Shown: one piece after another, positions 7,442 to 16,161 of the stretch | Layout of the letters: the number at the start of each line of letters is the position of its first letter | Position numbering within the stretch: the first letter of the stretch is position 1 | Assembly (NCBI RefSeq): GCF_001457615.1 | Contig: NZ_LN831024.1 | Coordinates: forward strand, 5,820,001 to 5,852,000 | Length of the DNA stretch: 32,000 nt | Direction of reading: 5' to 3' | Source: Pseudomonas aeruginosa | Lineage (GTDB): Bacteria; Pseudomonadota; Gammaproteobacteria; Pseudomonadales; Pseudomonadaceae | The notes under the pieces: model-generated | Seen by the model: only the letters and a program-made list of their open reading frames with translations | Databases searched by the model: none | Told to the model about the DNA's origin: nothing | Program-made: the position numbers and the translations under genes

Positions 7442-8989
7442 ATGACTGCCACGCCCAAACCCCTGGTCCTGATCATCCTGGACGGCTTCGGCCACAGCGA
7501 AAGCCCTGACTACAATGCCATCTACGCCGCGAAGAAGCCGGTCTGGGATCGCCTCCTGGCAACCCAGCCGCACGGCCTGATCTCCGGCTCCGGCATGGAC
7601 GTCGGCCTGCCCGCCGGCCAGATGGGCAATTCCGAGGTCGGCCACATGAACCTCGGCGCAGGCCGCGTGGTGTACCAGGACTTCACCCGCGTCACCAAGG
7701 CCATCCGCGACGGCGAATTCTTCGAAAACCCGGTGATCGCCGGCGCGGTCGACAAGGCCGTCGCCGCCGACAAGGCGGTGCACATCCTCGGCCTGCTCTC
7801 CCCGGGCGGCGTACACAGCCATGAAGACCACCTGGTGGCGATGGCGCAGATGGCCGCCAGGCGCGGCGCCGGCAAGATCTACCTGCATGCCTTCCTGGAT
7901 GGCCGCGATACCCCGCCGAAAAGCGCGCAGCCGTCGCTGGAGCGTCTCGACGCCACCTTCGCCGGGCTCGGCAAGGGCCGCATCGCCTCGATCATCGGCC
8001 GCTATTTCGCGATGGACCGCGACAACCGCTGGGACCGCGTCCAGGCCGCCTATGAACTGATTGTCGACGGCAAGGCCGAGTTCACCGCCGACTCCTCGGT
8101 GGCAGCCCTCGAGGCCGCCTACGCCCGCGGCGAGAGCGACGAATTCGTCAAGGCCACCGCGGTGGTCCCGGCCGGCGCCGAAGCGGTGCGGGTCGAGGAT
8201 GGCGACGCGGTGATCTTCATGAACTTCCGCGCCGACCGCGCCCGCGAGCTGAGCCGCGCCTTCGTCGAGCCGGCATTCAATGAGTTCCCCCGCGAACGAG
8301 CCCCGCAGCTGGCAGGTTTCGTCATGCTGACCCAGTACGCGGCGAGCATCCCGGCGCCCTGCGCCTTCCCGCCGGAGCCGCTGACCAACGTCCTCGGCGA
8401 GTACCTGGCCAAGCATGGCAAGACCCAGCTGCGCATCGCCGAGACCGAGAAGTACGCCCATGTGACCTTCTTCTTCTCCGGCGGCCGCGAGGAACCCTAC
8501 GAGGGCGAGGAGCGCATCCTGATCCCCTCGCCGAAGGTCGCCACCTACGACCTGCAACCCGAGATGAGCGCGCCGGAAGTCACCGACCGTATCGTCGAGG
8601 CCATCGAGCAACAGCGCTACGACGTGATCGTGGTCAACTACGCCAACGGCGACATGGTCGGCCACACCGGGGTGTTCGAGGCCGCGGTCAAGGCCGTGGA
8701 GTGCCTGGACACCTGCATGGGCCGTATCGTCGAGGCGCTGGACAAGGTCGGCGGCGAAGCCCTGATCACCGCCGACCACGGCAATGTCGAGCAGATGGAA
8801 GACGAGTCCACCGGCCAGGCGCACACCGCGCACACCTGCGAACCGGTGCCCTTCGTCTACGTCGGCAAGCGCAAGCTGAGCATCCGCGAAGGCGGCGTGC
8901 TGGCCGACGTGGCGCCGACCATGCTGACCCTCATGGGGCTGGAGCAGCCGGCGGAAATGACCGGTCGCAGCATCGTCACCCTCGGCTGA
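7442..8989 (+). CDS. gpmI: 2,3-bisphosphoglycerate-independent phosphoglycerate mutase
   Basis: 515 aa. [38 protein letters not shown] and ITADHGN are diagnostic iPGM motifs. Confidence 0.95.
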   Translation: MTATPKPLVLIILDGFGHSESPDYNAIYAAKKPVWDRLLATQPHGLISGSGMDVGLPAGQMGNSEVGHMNLGAGRVVYQDFTRVTKAIRDGEFFENPVIAGAVDKAVAADKAVHILGLLSPGGVHSHEDHLVAMAQMAARRGAGKIYLHAFLDGRDTPPKSAQPSLERLDATFAGLGKGRIASIIGRYFAMDRDNRWDRVQAAYELIVDGKAEFTADSSVAALEAAYARGESDEFVKATAVVPAGAEAVRVEDGDAVIFMNFRADRARELSRAFVEPAFNEFPRERAPQLAGFVMLTQYAASIPAPCAFPPEPLTNVLGEYLAKHGKTQLRIAETEKYAHVTFFFSGGREEPYEGEERILIPSPKVATYDLQPEMSAPEVTDRIVEAIEQQRYDVIVVNYANGDMVGHTGVFEAAVKAVECLDTCMGRIVEALDKVGGEALITADHGNVEQMEDESTGQAHTAHTCEPVPFVYVGKRKLSIREGGVLADVAPTMLTLMGLEQPAEMTGRSIVTLG

Positions 8990-9015
8990 TCCGCGAACGA
9001 CGAACTCCCGCGCAG

Positions 9016-9044
9016 GGCGGATAACCGCGTCGCGGTTATCCGCC
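9016..9044. repeat. REP-type palindromic element
   Basis: GGCGGATAACCGCgtcGCGGTTATCCGCC is a near-perfect 13-bp-arm palindrome located just after the gpmI stop. Confidence 0.8.
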
Positions 9045-9062
9045 GCTTCTGCAGGCCATCGA

Positions 9063-9087
9063 CGGATAACGCCTGCGACGTTATCCG
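9063..9087. repeat. REP-type palindromic element (second copy, variant core)
   Basis: CGGATAACGcctgcgaCGTTATCCG has 9-bp arms. It lies 18 bp from the previous element and forms a REP pair with it. Confidence 0.75.
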
Positions 9088-9303
9088 CCGTAGCGGGCCG
9101 GGCGCCGCGCCCTGTTTCCACGACGCCACCTTCCCCGCTTTAACGCTGCCGATCGGCCGACAGGCCTGGCCACGCGGCGTCGAGACGTGTGCCGCGGTTT
9201 TCATTTTCCGCGTCTCCCCCCCCTGCCTCCCGCTACGTCGCCGAGGCCCGTGCTAGCCTTGCCCGCGCTGTCTTTTCCATCTGCCCTACAAGGATTTCCG
9301 CCG

Positions 9304-10122
9304 ATGTGGTTCCTCCTCGCCACCTCGCTCCTCGCCCTGTCCTTCCAGCGCCTGCTGGCCCTCGTCTTGCTGCTCGCGACCTGCTGTCTCGCCTTCTACG
9401 ACGGGGTTCTCGCTCCGCCTGCGGTCGCCGCCCTGGCTGTACTGGGCGTCCTCGCCCTGTTGCGCCGGCGCCTGGCGGCACGCCGCGCCTGGGCCCTGGG
9501 CCTGGAGCTGCTGCTGGTCGCCGGCGCGGTGGGCCTGTTCCTGCACCTGCTACCCGGCTTCGCCAACCCCAGGATCCTGGACAAGGCGGTGGTCGGCCCG
9601 CAGAGCCTGCCGTTCACCATGTACTTCAACTTCGACAAGGCACTGGTGCCGTTCCTGCTACTGGCCTGCCTGCCGAGCCTGTTCCGCGACGAAGCCCGCG
9701 CTCCCGGCCGCCCCTGGTACTGGCTGCTGCTCGTGGCGGCGGTGCCGGCGCTGCTTCTGCTGGCTGTCGGCGTCGGCCTGCTGCGGCCGGAACTCCACGC
9801 GCCGGCCTGGCTCTGGCAGTTCGTCCTGGCCAACCTGTTCTTCGTTTCCCTTGCCGAGGAAGCGCTGTTCCGCGGCTACCTGCAGCAACGCCTGGGCCAA
9901 TGGCTGGGCCCCTGGCCCGCCCTGGCGCTGGCCTCGGCGCTGTTCGGCCTGGCGCACTTCGCCGGCGGCCCGCTGCTGATGCTGTTCGCCGGCCTCGCCG
10001 GGCTGATCTACGGGTTGGCCTGGCTGTGGAGCGGCCGCCTGTGGGTGGCGACGCTGTTCCACTTCGGGCTGAACCTGACGCATCTGCTGCTGTTCACCTA
10101 CCCGCTCTACAGACCCGCCTGA
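9304..10122 (+). CDS. CPBP family intramembrane glutamic endopeptidase (CAAX protease-like)
   Basis: ORF 9187..10122 trimmed to MWFLLATSLL, with AAGGA upstream. It is polytopic and carries the CPBP motifs EEALFRGY, FGLAHF and HFGLN. Confidence 0.8.
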   Translation: MWFLLATSLLALSFQRLLALVLLLATCCLAFYDGVLAPPAVAALAVLGVLALLRRRLAARRAWALGLELLLVAGAVGLFLHLLPGFANPRILDKAVVGPQSLPFTMYFNFDKALVPFLLLACLPSLFRDEARAPGRPWYWLLLVAAVPALLLLAVGVGLLRPELHAPAWLWQFVLANLFFVSLAEEALFRGYLQQRLGQWLGPWPALALASALFGLAHFAGGPLLMLFAGLAGLIYGLAWLWSGRLWVATLFHFGLNLTHLLLFTYPLYRPA

Positions 10123-10182
10123 TGCCCGTGGCCTTCGTCGTCGACGACATCCGCCGCTGCCATCCGGCTGAAATACGTGGAA

Positions 10183-10217
10183 GCGCCCCACAGCGCGCGG
10201 TGCGGGGCGTTTTTTTT
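10183..10217 (+). terminator. Rho-independent terminator after the CPBP gene
   Basis: GC-rich stem cgcccc...ggggcg followed by a T8 run (10210-10217). Confidence 0.7.
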
Positions 10218-10271
10218 AACGGCGGCCACGGGCATACTAGGCCGGTCCAATTCCCAGGTGCCCGCCACCCC

Positions 10272-11558
10272 ATGCTCCGCCTCCTTCCTCTCCTGCTATC
10301 CCTCGCCTGTCTCGCTCCGGCCTTCGCCGACGAGCGCGCCGACACCCAACGCCAGCTGGAACAGACGCAGAAGGACATCGGCGAGCTGAAGAAGCTGCTG
10401 GACGGCATCCAGCAGGAAAAGAGCGGCGTGCAGAAGCAGCTGAAGTCCACCGAGACCGAGATGGGCGACCTGGAAAAACAGATCAAGGCCCTGCAGGACG
10501 AGCTGGACAAGAGCGAAGCCGAGCTGAAACGGCTGGATGGGGAGAAAAAAAAACTCCAGGACGCGCGCATTGAGCAGCAGCGCCTCCTCGCCATCCAGGC
10601 CCGCGCGGCCTACCAGAGTGGACGCGAGGAATACCTGAAGCTGCTGCTGAACCAGGAACACCCGGAAAAATTCAGCCGCACCCTCACCTACTACGACTAC
10701 ATCAACAAAGCCCGTCTCGAACAGCTCGCCAGCTTCAACGAAACCCTCCGCCAGTTGGCCAACGTCGAGCAGGACATCTCTGCGCAGAAAGCCGAACAAC
10801 TGAGCAAGCAAGGCGAGCTGGACAGCCGCCGCGAGGCGCTGGCAGCGACCCGCAAGGAGCGCCAGCAAGCCCTGGCCAAGCTGAACAGCGACTACCGCGA
10901 ACGCGACCAGAAGCTCAAGTCCCGCCAACAGGACCAGGCCGAGCTGGCCAAGGTACTGCGGACCATCGAGGAAACCCTGGCCCGCCAGGCCCGCGAAGCC
11001 GCCGCCGCGGCGGAGCGCGAGCGCCAGCGCGCGCTGGCCGCCGAACGCGAGCGTGCGCGCCAGCAGCAGGCCGCCCCCGGACGAGTCACCAGCCCGCCGC
11101 GCGAACCTGCGCCGGGCCCGCTGGTCTCAAGCACTGGCGCGGTCTACGGCGGCGCGTTCGGCTCGGCCCGCGGCAAGCTGCCGTGGCCGGTGAATGGCCG
11201 CGTCGTGGCGCGCTTCGGCAGCCAGCGCGGCGACGATCCGCGGGCGAAATGGGACGGCGTACTGATTTCGGCGAGCGCCGGCAGCACCGTCCGCGCGGTG
11301 CACGGCGGACGCGTGGTATTCGCCGACTGGTTGCGCGGAGCCGGCCTGTTGGTCATCCTCGACCACGGTGGCGGCTACCTCAGCCTTTATGGCCATAATC
11401 AAAGCCTGCTGAAAGACGCCGGCGACACCGTGAAGGCCGGAGACCCGATCGCCACCGTTGGAACCAGCGGCGGCCAGAGTAGCCCGGCCGTGTACTTCGC
11501 CATTCGCCATCAGGGCCGCCCGGCGGACCCTACTACCTGGTGCCGCGCACAGGGATAG
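10272..11558 (+). CDS. envC: EnvC-like murein hydrolase activator (coiled-coil + degenerate LytM/M23 domain)
   Basis: This is in frame within ORF 9189..11558. The start was set at MLRLLPLLLSLACLAPAFA (signal peptide). A long Q/E/K/L/R coiled-coil region is followed by a C-terminal M23 fold (VLISASAGSTVRAVHGGRVVFADW...ILDHGGGYLSLYGHN). The HxxxD and HxH metal-ligand motifs are not intact, as in E. coli EnvC. The gpmI-envC-yibQ synteny is retained. Confidence 0.8.
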   Translation: MLRLLPLLLSLACLAPAFADERADTQRQLEQTQKDIGELKKLLDGIQQEKSGVQKQLKSTETEMGDLEKQIKALQDELDKSEAELKRLDGEKKKLQDARIEQQRLLAIQARAAYQSGREEYLKLLLNQEHPEKFSRTLTYYDYINKARLEQLASFNETLRQLANVEQDISAQKAEQLSKQGELDSRREALAATRKERQQALAKLNSDYRERDQKLKSRQQDQAELAKVLRTIEETLARQAREAAAAAERERQRALAAERERARQQQAAPGRVTSPPREPAPGPLVSSTGAVYGGAFGSARGKLPWPVNGRVVARFGSQRGDDPRAKWDGVLISASAGSTVRAVHGGRVVFADWLRGAGLLVILDHGGGYLSLYGHNQSLLKDAGDTVKAGDPIATVGTSGGQSSPAVYFAIRHQGRPADPTTWCRAQG

Positions 11559-11586
11559 GCGCCGAACTCGTGATTAGGAGCTGAAC

Positions 11587-12897
11587 ATGCTGCATTGCTT
11601 CCGTCCCACCACCCTGGCGCTGGCCCTGCTGCTCGGCGCGGGCGCGGCCCAGGCTGCCGACGCCCCGGCCGACGCCGCGCCACTGGCCAACGGTAGCAGT
11701 GCCCCGCTGCCCCTCGACGAGCTGCGTACCTTCGCCGAGGTTCTCGACCGGGTGAAGGCCGCCTATGTCGAGCCAGTGGACGACAAGACCCTGCTGGAGA
11801 ACGCCATCAAGGGCATGCTCAGCAACCTCGACCCGCACTCCGCCTACCTCGGCCCGGAGGACTTCGCCGAGCTGCAGGAAAGCACCAGCGGCGAGTTCGG
11901 CGGCCTGGGCATCGAGGTCGGCAGCGAAGACGGCTTCATCAAGGTGGTCTCGCCGATCGACGACACCCCCGCGGCCCGCGCCGGCATCCAGCCCGGCGAC
12001 CTGATCGTGCAGATCGACGGCAAGCCGACCAAGGGCCAGTCGATGACCGAAGCGGTCGACAGCATGCGCGGCAAGGCCGGCTCCCCGATCACCCTGACCA
12101 TCGTCCGAGATGGCGGCAGACCGTTCGACGTCGAACTCAAGCGCGCCATCATCAAGGTCAAGAGTGTCAAGAGCCAGGTCCTCGAACCCGGCTACGCCTA
12201 CCTGCGCATCACCCAGTTCCAGGTCAACACCGGCGAGGAAGTGGTCAAGGCGCTGAACCAGCTGCGCAAGGACAACAAGGGCCGTCTCAAGGGCCTGGTC
12301 CTGGACCTGCGCAACAACCCCGGCGGCGTGCTGCAGTCCGCCGTCGAGGTAGCCGACGCCTTCCTCACCAAGGGCCTGATCGTCTACACCAAGGGCCGCA
12401 TCGCCAACTCCGAGCTGCGCTTCAGCGCCGACCCGGCCGATCCCAGCGACAAGGTTCCGCTGGTGGTGCTGATCAACGGTGGCAGCGCCTCGGCGGCGGA
12501 AATCGTCGCCGGTGCCCTGCAGGACCAGAAGCGCGCGATCCTGATGGGCACCGACAGCTTCGGCAAGGGCTCGGTGCAGACCGTGCTGCCGCTGAACAAC
12601 GACCGCGCCCTGAAGCTCACCACCGCGCTCTACTACACCCCCAACGGGCGCTCCATCCAGGCCCAGGGCATCGTTCCGGACATCGAAGTCGGACGCGCCA
12701 AGGTGACCCAGGAGCGGAGCAGCTTCGAGGGCTTCAAGGAAGCCGACCTGCAGGGCCACCTGGCCAACGGCAACGGCGGTGCCGACCGCCCCACCGGCAA
12801 GCGTGCCGCGCCGAGCGAGCGCCCGCAGGATTCCGACTACCAGCTCAGCCAGGCCCTTAGCCTGCTGAAAGGCCTGAGCGTCACCCGCGGCAACTGA
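11587..12897 (+). CDS. ctpA: Carboxyl-terminal processing protease CtpA (S41 family, PDZ domain)
   Basis: 436 aa with a signal peptide, a PDZ segment (GGLGIEVG...GDLIVQIDG), and an S41 core (LDLRNNPGG, INGGSASAAEIVAGALQD, TDSFGKGSVQ). Confidence 0.9.
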   Translation: MLHCFRPTTLALALLLGAGAAQAADAPADAAPLANGSSAPLPLDELRTFAEVLDRVKAAYVEPVDDKTLLENAIKGMLSNLDPHSAYLGPEDFAELQESTSGEFGGLGIEVGSEDGFIKVVSPIDDTPAARAGIQPGDLIVQIDGKPTKGQSMTEAVDSMRGKAGSPITLTIVRDGGRPFDVELKRAIIKVKSVKSQVLEPGYAYLRITQFQVNTGEEVVKALNQLRKDNKGRLKGLVLDLRNNPGGVLQSAVEVADAFLTKGLIVYTKGRIANSELRFSADPADPSDKVPLVVLINGGSASAAEIVAGALQDQKRAILMGTDSFGKGSVQTVLPLNNDRALKLTTALYYTPNGRSIQAQGIVPDIEVGRAKVTQERSSFEGFKEADLQGHLANGNGGADRPTGKRAAPSERPQDSDYQLSQALSLLKGLSVTRGN

Positions 12898-13670
12898 TGT
12901 CGGCGTTTCGCGTTGCCCTGCTGGGCCTGTGCCTGCTGTTCAACCAGGCCCAGGCCCGCCAGGACCCCGCCCCCTACCAGCGCCCGCCGCTGCTGACCGT
13001 GGTCATCGATGACCTCGGGCAGAACCTGGCGCGCGACCGCCGGGTCCTCGACCTGCCCCCCGGCGTAACCCTGGCGATCATCCCGGAAACCCCGCATGCC
13101 GCCGAACTGGCCCGCGAGGCGCACCAGCGCGGGCGCACGGTGATCCTGCACATGCCGATGGACCCGGCCGGCGGTCCCTACGCCTGGCGGCCGGAGCTGA
13201 CCCAGGAAGAGCGTGCGCGGCGGCTGGACGCGGCGCTGGCCAAGGTGCCGTTCGTGCAAGGCCTGAACAACCACGAGGGCAGCCGCATGACCGCGGTGCG
13301 CCCGGCGATGGCCTGGCTCGCCGAGGAACTCCAGCGTCGCGGCCTGTACCTGGTCGACAGCCGCACCAGCGCCGCCACCGTGGCCGCCAGCGAGGCGCAG
13401 CGGATCGGCCTGGCGAGCGTCTCGCGCGATGTGTTCCTCGACAACGAAGCCACACCGGAAGCGGTCTCCGCACAACTGCAGGCCGGCGTCGCCCTGGCCC
13501 GCAAGCAGGGTTCGGCGTTGCTCATCGGCCACCCGCACAAGGCCACCCTCGACGTGCTGGCGCGGGAGCTGCCGAAGCTGCGCGCCCAGGGCATCGAGCT
13601 GGTACCGCCGCAGATGCTCATCGGCGAGCGCGGCAACCGCAACGTCAACCCACGCCAGGCGCCGCACTGA
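12897..13670 (+). CDS. Divergent polysaccharide deacetylase family protein (YibQ-like)
   Basis: 257 aa. A signal peptide is followed by VVIDDLG, LHMPMDP, NNHEGSRMT and LIGHPH motifs typical of the YibQ family. Its start overlaps the ctpA stop (TGATG). Confidence 0.8.
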   Translation: MSAFRVALLGLCLLFNQAQARQDPAPYQRPPLLTVVIDDLGQNLARDRRVLDLPPGVTLAIIPETPHAAELAREAHQRGRTVILHMPMDPAGGPYAWRPELTQEERARRLDAALAKVPFVQGLNNHEGSRMTAVRPAMAWLAEELQRRGLYLVDSRTSAATVAASEAQRIGLASVSRDVFLDNEATPEAVSAQLQAGVALARKQGSALLIGHPHKATLDVLARELPKLRAQGIELVPPQMLIGERGNRNVNPRQAPH

Positions 13671-13738
13671 AGCCGGGTTTACCGGCGTCGCGGCAGCGGT
13701 TAAGGTGACGTCCTCGTCATTCCTGCACGGACGCACCG

Positions 13739-15220
13739 ATGGCCCGCCCTTCCCCTCCCATGCCCCTGCTCGCCGCCGCCCTGCTGGTCGCAGGCGCGAT
13801 TCCCCTCGGTTTCATCTGGATCCTCACCAGCGCCAAGTTCGAGATAGGCGGCGCCAGCCCCGGCGAGAGCACCGTCGGCAAGGTCGAGAACATCGACCAG
13901 CGCGCCATGGAGCAATTCTGCACCGGCGTGCGGGCGACGCCCGCCGGCACCTGGCTGGTAGGCCGGCGCGAGGTCGGCCGCGACGAGCAGGCTCTGCCCG
14001 AGGGCGTCATCGACCTGGACCTGGTGGCGGCCGCCCAGCCCAGGGAAGAAGAGTCCGAACCCCACCTCTTCAACTTCCTCAACGGCATGCTGCTATCCGG
14101 CGGCGATCCGGAAACCACCTATGTCTCGCGCCTGGGCGCGGACGGCGTGTTCCACGAAGTGGCGCGGCTCGGCGAGACCGCCTGCCTGGAAGTCACGCCG
14201 GACGGTTCCAGCGTCTTCCTGCTCACCGGCCTGCGGCGCCCGGGCAAGGACAACGGTCAGCGCGAGCAGACAGTGGTGCTGCGCAGCGACGACCAGGGCA
14301 AGAGCTGGCGGCGGCTCGAGGAAGGCTTCATGGCCGAGGCGAATCGACTGGGCTGGGCTCTCGCACCGCGCTTCCACGGCAAGGACGAAGTCTGGGTCTG
14401 GGGTGATTTCGAATACGGCGGTGCCGATGGCGGCCGGGAACCCGGCCAGCCGAGCGGGCTGTTCTATTCGCCCGACCGCGGCGCCAGTGTCGAGTCGATC
14501 GCCACCTCCGCGCCGCTGCTGGTCGACCTCGCCTACGCCCGCGAGTTGGCGCCGAACGGCGTCAGCTGGGGCGACTACAACGGCAAGCACGGGCAGATCA
14601 AGGCACACGTCGCTCAACTGGACGCGGAGCGTGCCGCGATCTGGGTAAGCCAGACCTTCCGCTATGGCCCGCCCGAGGGGCGCTACCTGACCAGCTCGAT
14701 ATTGGTCACCACCCAGGCCGAACTGCGCCGCGAGGGCGGACGCTGGCGGATGGGCGCGATCCGGCGCACCGACGGCGTGGCCGTCGAGCGCCTGGAACAG
14801 AACACGGACGGTCGGGTTATCGCAGTGCTCGATCACCCGGACGAATCGCGCTCGCTGATCGCCGAGCTCGATCGCGACGCGCTCGAATGGAAGATCACCG
14901 GCAAGCTGCCCAGCCCGTTCTGGCCCCTGCCGTCCAGTTCCGGGCTGCGCGAGTTCTACATGGGCAGGAATGTGCTGCTGGCCAACACCATGAGCCACTA
15001 CGAAGTGCCGCTGTGGCTGTATCCCGACGAGGAGCCGGCGAGCGTCTCCGCCAACGCGGTGTACTACTCGGACGACTGGGGCTCATCCTGGCGCCGCCTG
15101 GACATCGCCGGCTACCTCGGCGTGCTCGGCTTCGACGAGGCGCACGACCGGGTGTTCTGGGCCCGCGGCAACTGGTACGACAGCCGCGACCTCGGCGTCC
15201 AGGCCTACGACCTGGACTGA
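13739..15220 (+). CDS. Membrane-anchored hypothetical protein with BNR/Asp-box repeats (probable beta-propeller)
   Basis: 493 aa. It has an N-terminal TM/signal anchor (LLAAALLVAGAIPLGFIWIL). Asp-box motifs S-x-D-x-G-x-x-W occur at SDDQGKSW and SDDWGSSW, with a weaker SPDRGASV. Third codon positions are G/C-rich. Confidence 0.65.
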   Translation: MARPSPPMPLLAAALLVAGAIPLGFIWILTSAKFEIGGASPGESTVGKVENIDQRAMEQFCTGVRATPAGTWLVGRREVGRDEQALPEGVIDLDLVAAAQPREEESEPHLFNFLNGMLLSGGDPETTYVSRLGADGVFHEVARLGETACLEVTPDGSSVFLLTGLRRPGKDNGQREQTVVLRSDDQGKSWRRLEEGFMAEANRLGWALAPRFHGKDEVWVWGDFEYGGADGGREPGQPSGLFYSPDRGASVESIATSAPLLVDLAYARELAPNGVSWGDYNGKHGQIKAHVAQLDAERAAIWVSQTFRYGPPEGRYLTSSILVTTQAELRREGGRWRMGAIRRTDGVAVERLEQNTDGRVIAVLDHPDESRSLIAELDRDALEWKITGKLPSPFWPLPSSSGLREFYMGRNVLLANTMSHYEVPLWLYPDEEPASVSANAVYYSDDWGSSWRRLDIAGYLGVLGFDEAHDRVFWARGNWYDSRDLGVQAYDLD

Positions 15221-15256
15221 GCCCCCTCGCCGCGCCGGCGGAGGGGCGCCCGCCAG

Positions 15257-16012
15257 TCAGAGGTAGTTGGCGACGGCTTCGTCGACGAAGCCTTCCTGGC
15301 GCATCTGCTCCAGGGCCTTTTGCAGGCGCTCCACCACCTCGTCCGGAGTGTCCTTGTTCAACGCCAGGTAGAGCTTGGCCTCGTTGAAACGCAGCACCGT
15401 CTGCAGGCCGGACACGCCTTCCTGCTTGGCCAGGTAGCGGCCGACCGGATCGGTGGTGGCCCACAGGTCGATCTGCCCGCCGGTAAGCTTCTTCACGTTT
15501 TCCTGGTCGCGCAGGGCGTTGATCACCGGGATGCCCTGGGCCTCCAGGTGCTGGCTGACCGCGTCGTTCTTGTAGGCGCCGAGCTTGTAGCGGGCGGCGT
15601 CCTTGAGATTCTTCACGGCGATCTTGCTGCCGGCCGGCGCCAGCAACACCCAACTGGTGTCGGCCAGCGGGCCGACCCACTTGAACTGCGGCACCCGCTC
15701 GGGGGTGTAGGTCATGGAGAACAGCCCGTAGCCGGGCTTGTCCAGGGTCAACCGGTACAGGCGGTCCCAGGGGAAGCGCAGGCTCAGGGAATAGCCGATG
15801 CCGGCGCGCCTGAACATCTCCCGGACGATGTCGGCACTGATGCCGTCGATGCCATCGTCGCGGGCGAAGTTCTTGTCGTCCACCGCCATGTTGAAGGGCG
15901 GGAAGTTCTCGGTCAGCAGCACCACCTTGTAGTCGGCGGGCAATTCGGCACGGGCCGCGGAGGCCCCCAGCAACACCCCCAGGATCAGGGTCTGGATCAG
16001 GACTTTCAGCAT
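15257..16012 (-). CDS. Periplasmic solute-binding protein, family 3 type (orphan paralog 1)
   Basis: ORF 15257..16585 trimmed to MLKVLIQTLILGVLLGASAARA (signal peptide). LLTENFPPFNM, RFPWDR, KFKWVGP and GQIDLWA are shared with the two neighbouring paralogs. Confidence 0.8.
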   Translation of the reverse strand: MLKVLIQTLILGVLLGASAARAELPADYKVVLLTENFPPFNMAVDDKNFARDDGIDGISADIVREMFRRAGIGYSLSLRFPWDRLYRLTLDKPGYGLFSMTYTPERVPQFKWVGPLADTSWVLLAPAGSKIAVKNLKDAARYKLGAYKNDAVSQHLEAQGIPVINALRDQENVKKLTGGQIDLWATTDPVGRYLAKQEGVSGLQTVLRFNEAKLYLALNKDTPDEVVERLQKALEQMRQEGFVDEAVANYL

Positions 16013-16161
16013 GGTCACACCGCTCGCTTGGTTATCGTTATTGGCTAGCGGCATCCCTGCGTCAGGACGAAATACCTGGCTCGTCGGCCTTCCATGGCAT
16101 TGCCGGCGGGGCCGGCAAAGGCGTTTCCCCGCCCGGCCCCCTGTTGGCCGGACGGAGCGAA

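Noticed and set aside
7406-9121. 571-aa minus-strand ORF covering the whole gpmI locus
   Set aside because: It is antisense to an unmistakable iPGM gene. The translation is Ala/Gly/Arg/Val/Asp-rich low-complexity sequence with no recognisable motifs. This is a typical high-GC shadow ORF.
9189-10271. N-terminal 361-aa extension of the EnvC-like ORF (the 789-aa ORF in the track)
   Set aside because: The extension is Arg/Pro/Ala-rich, overlaps the well-supported CPBP gene in another frame, and crosses a terminator. The real product starts at the signal peptide MLRLLPLLLSLACLAPAFA (10272).
15221-15248. GC-rich hairpin between the convergent BNR-protein gene and SBP paralog 1
   Set aside because: The approximately 10-bp stem needs a bulge and has no U-run on either strand. 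It may aid termination but cannot be called a terminator from sequence alone.
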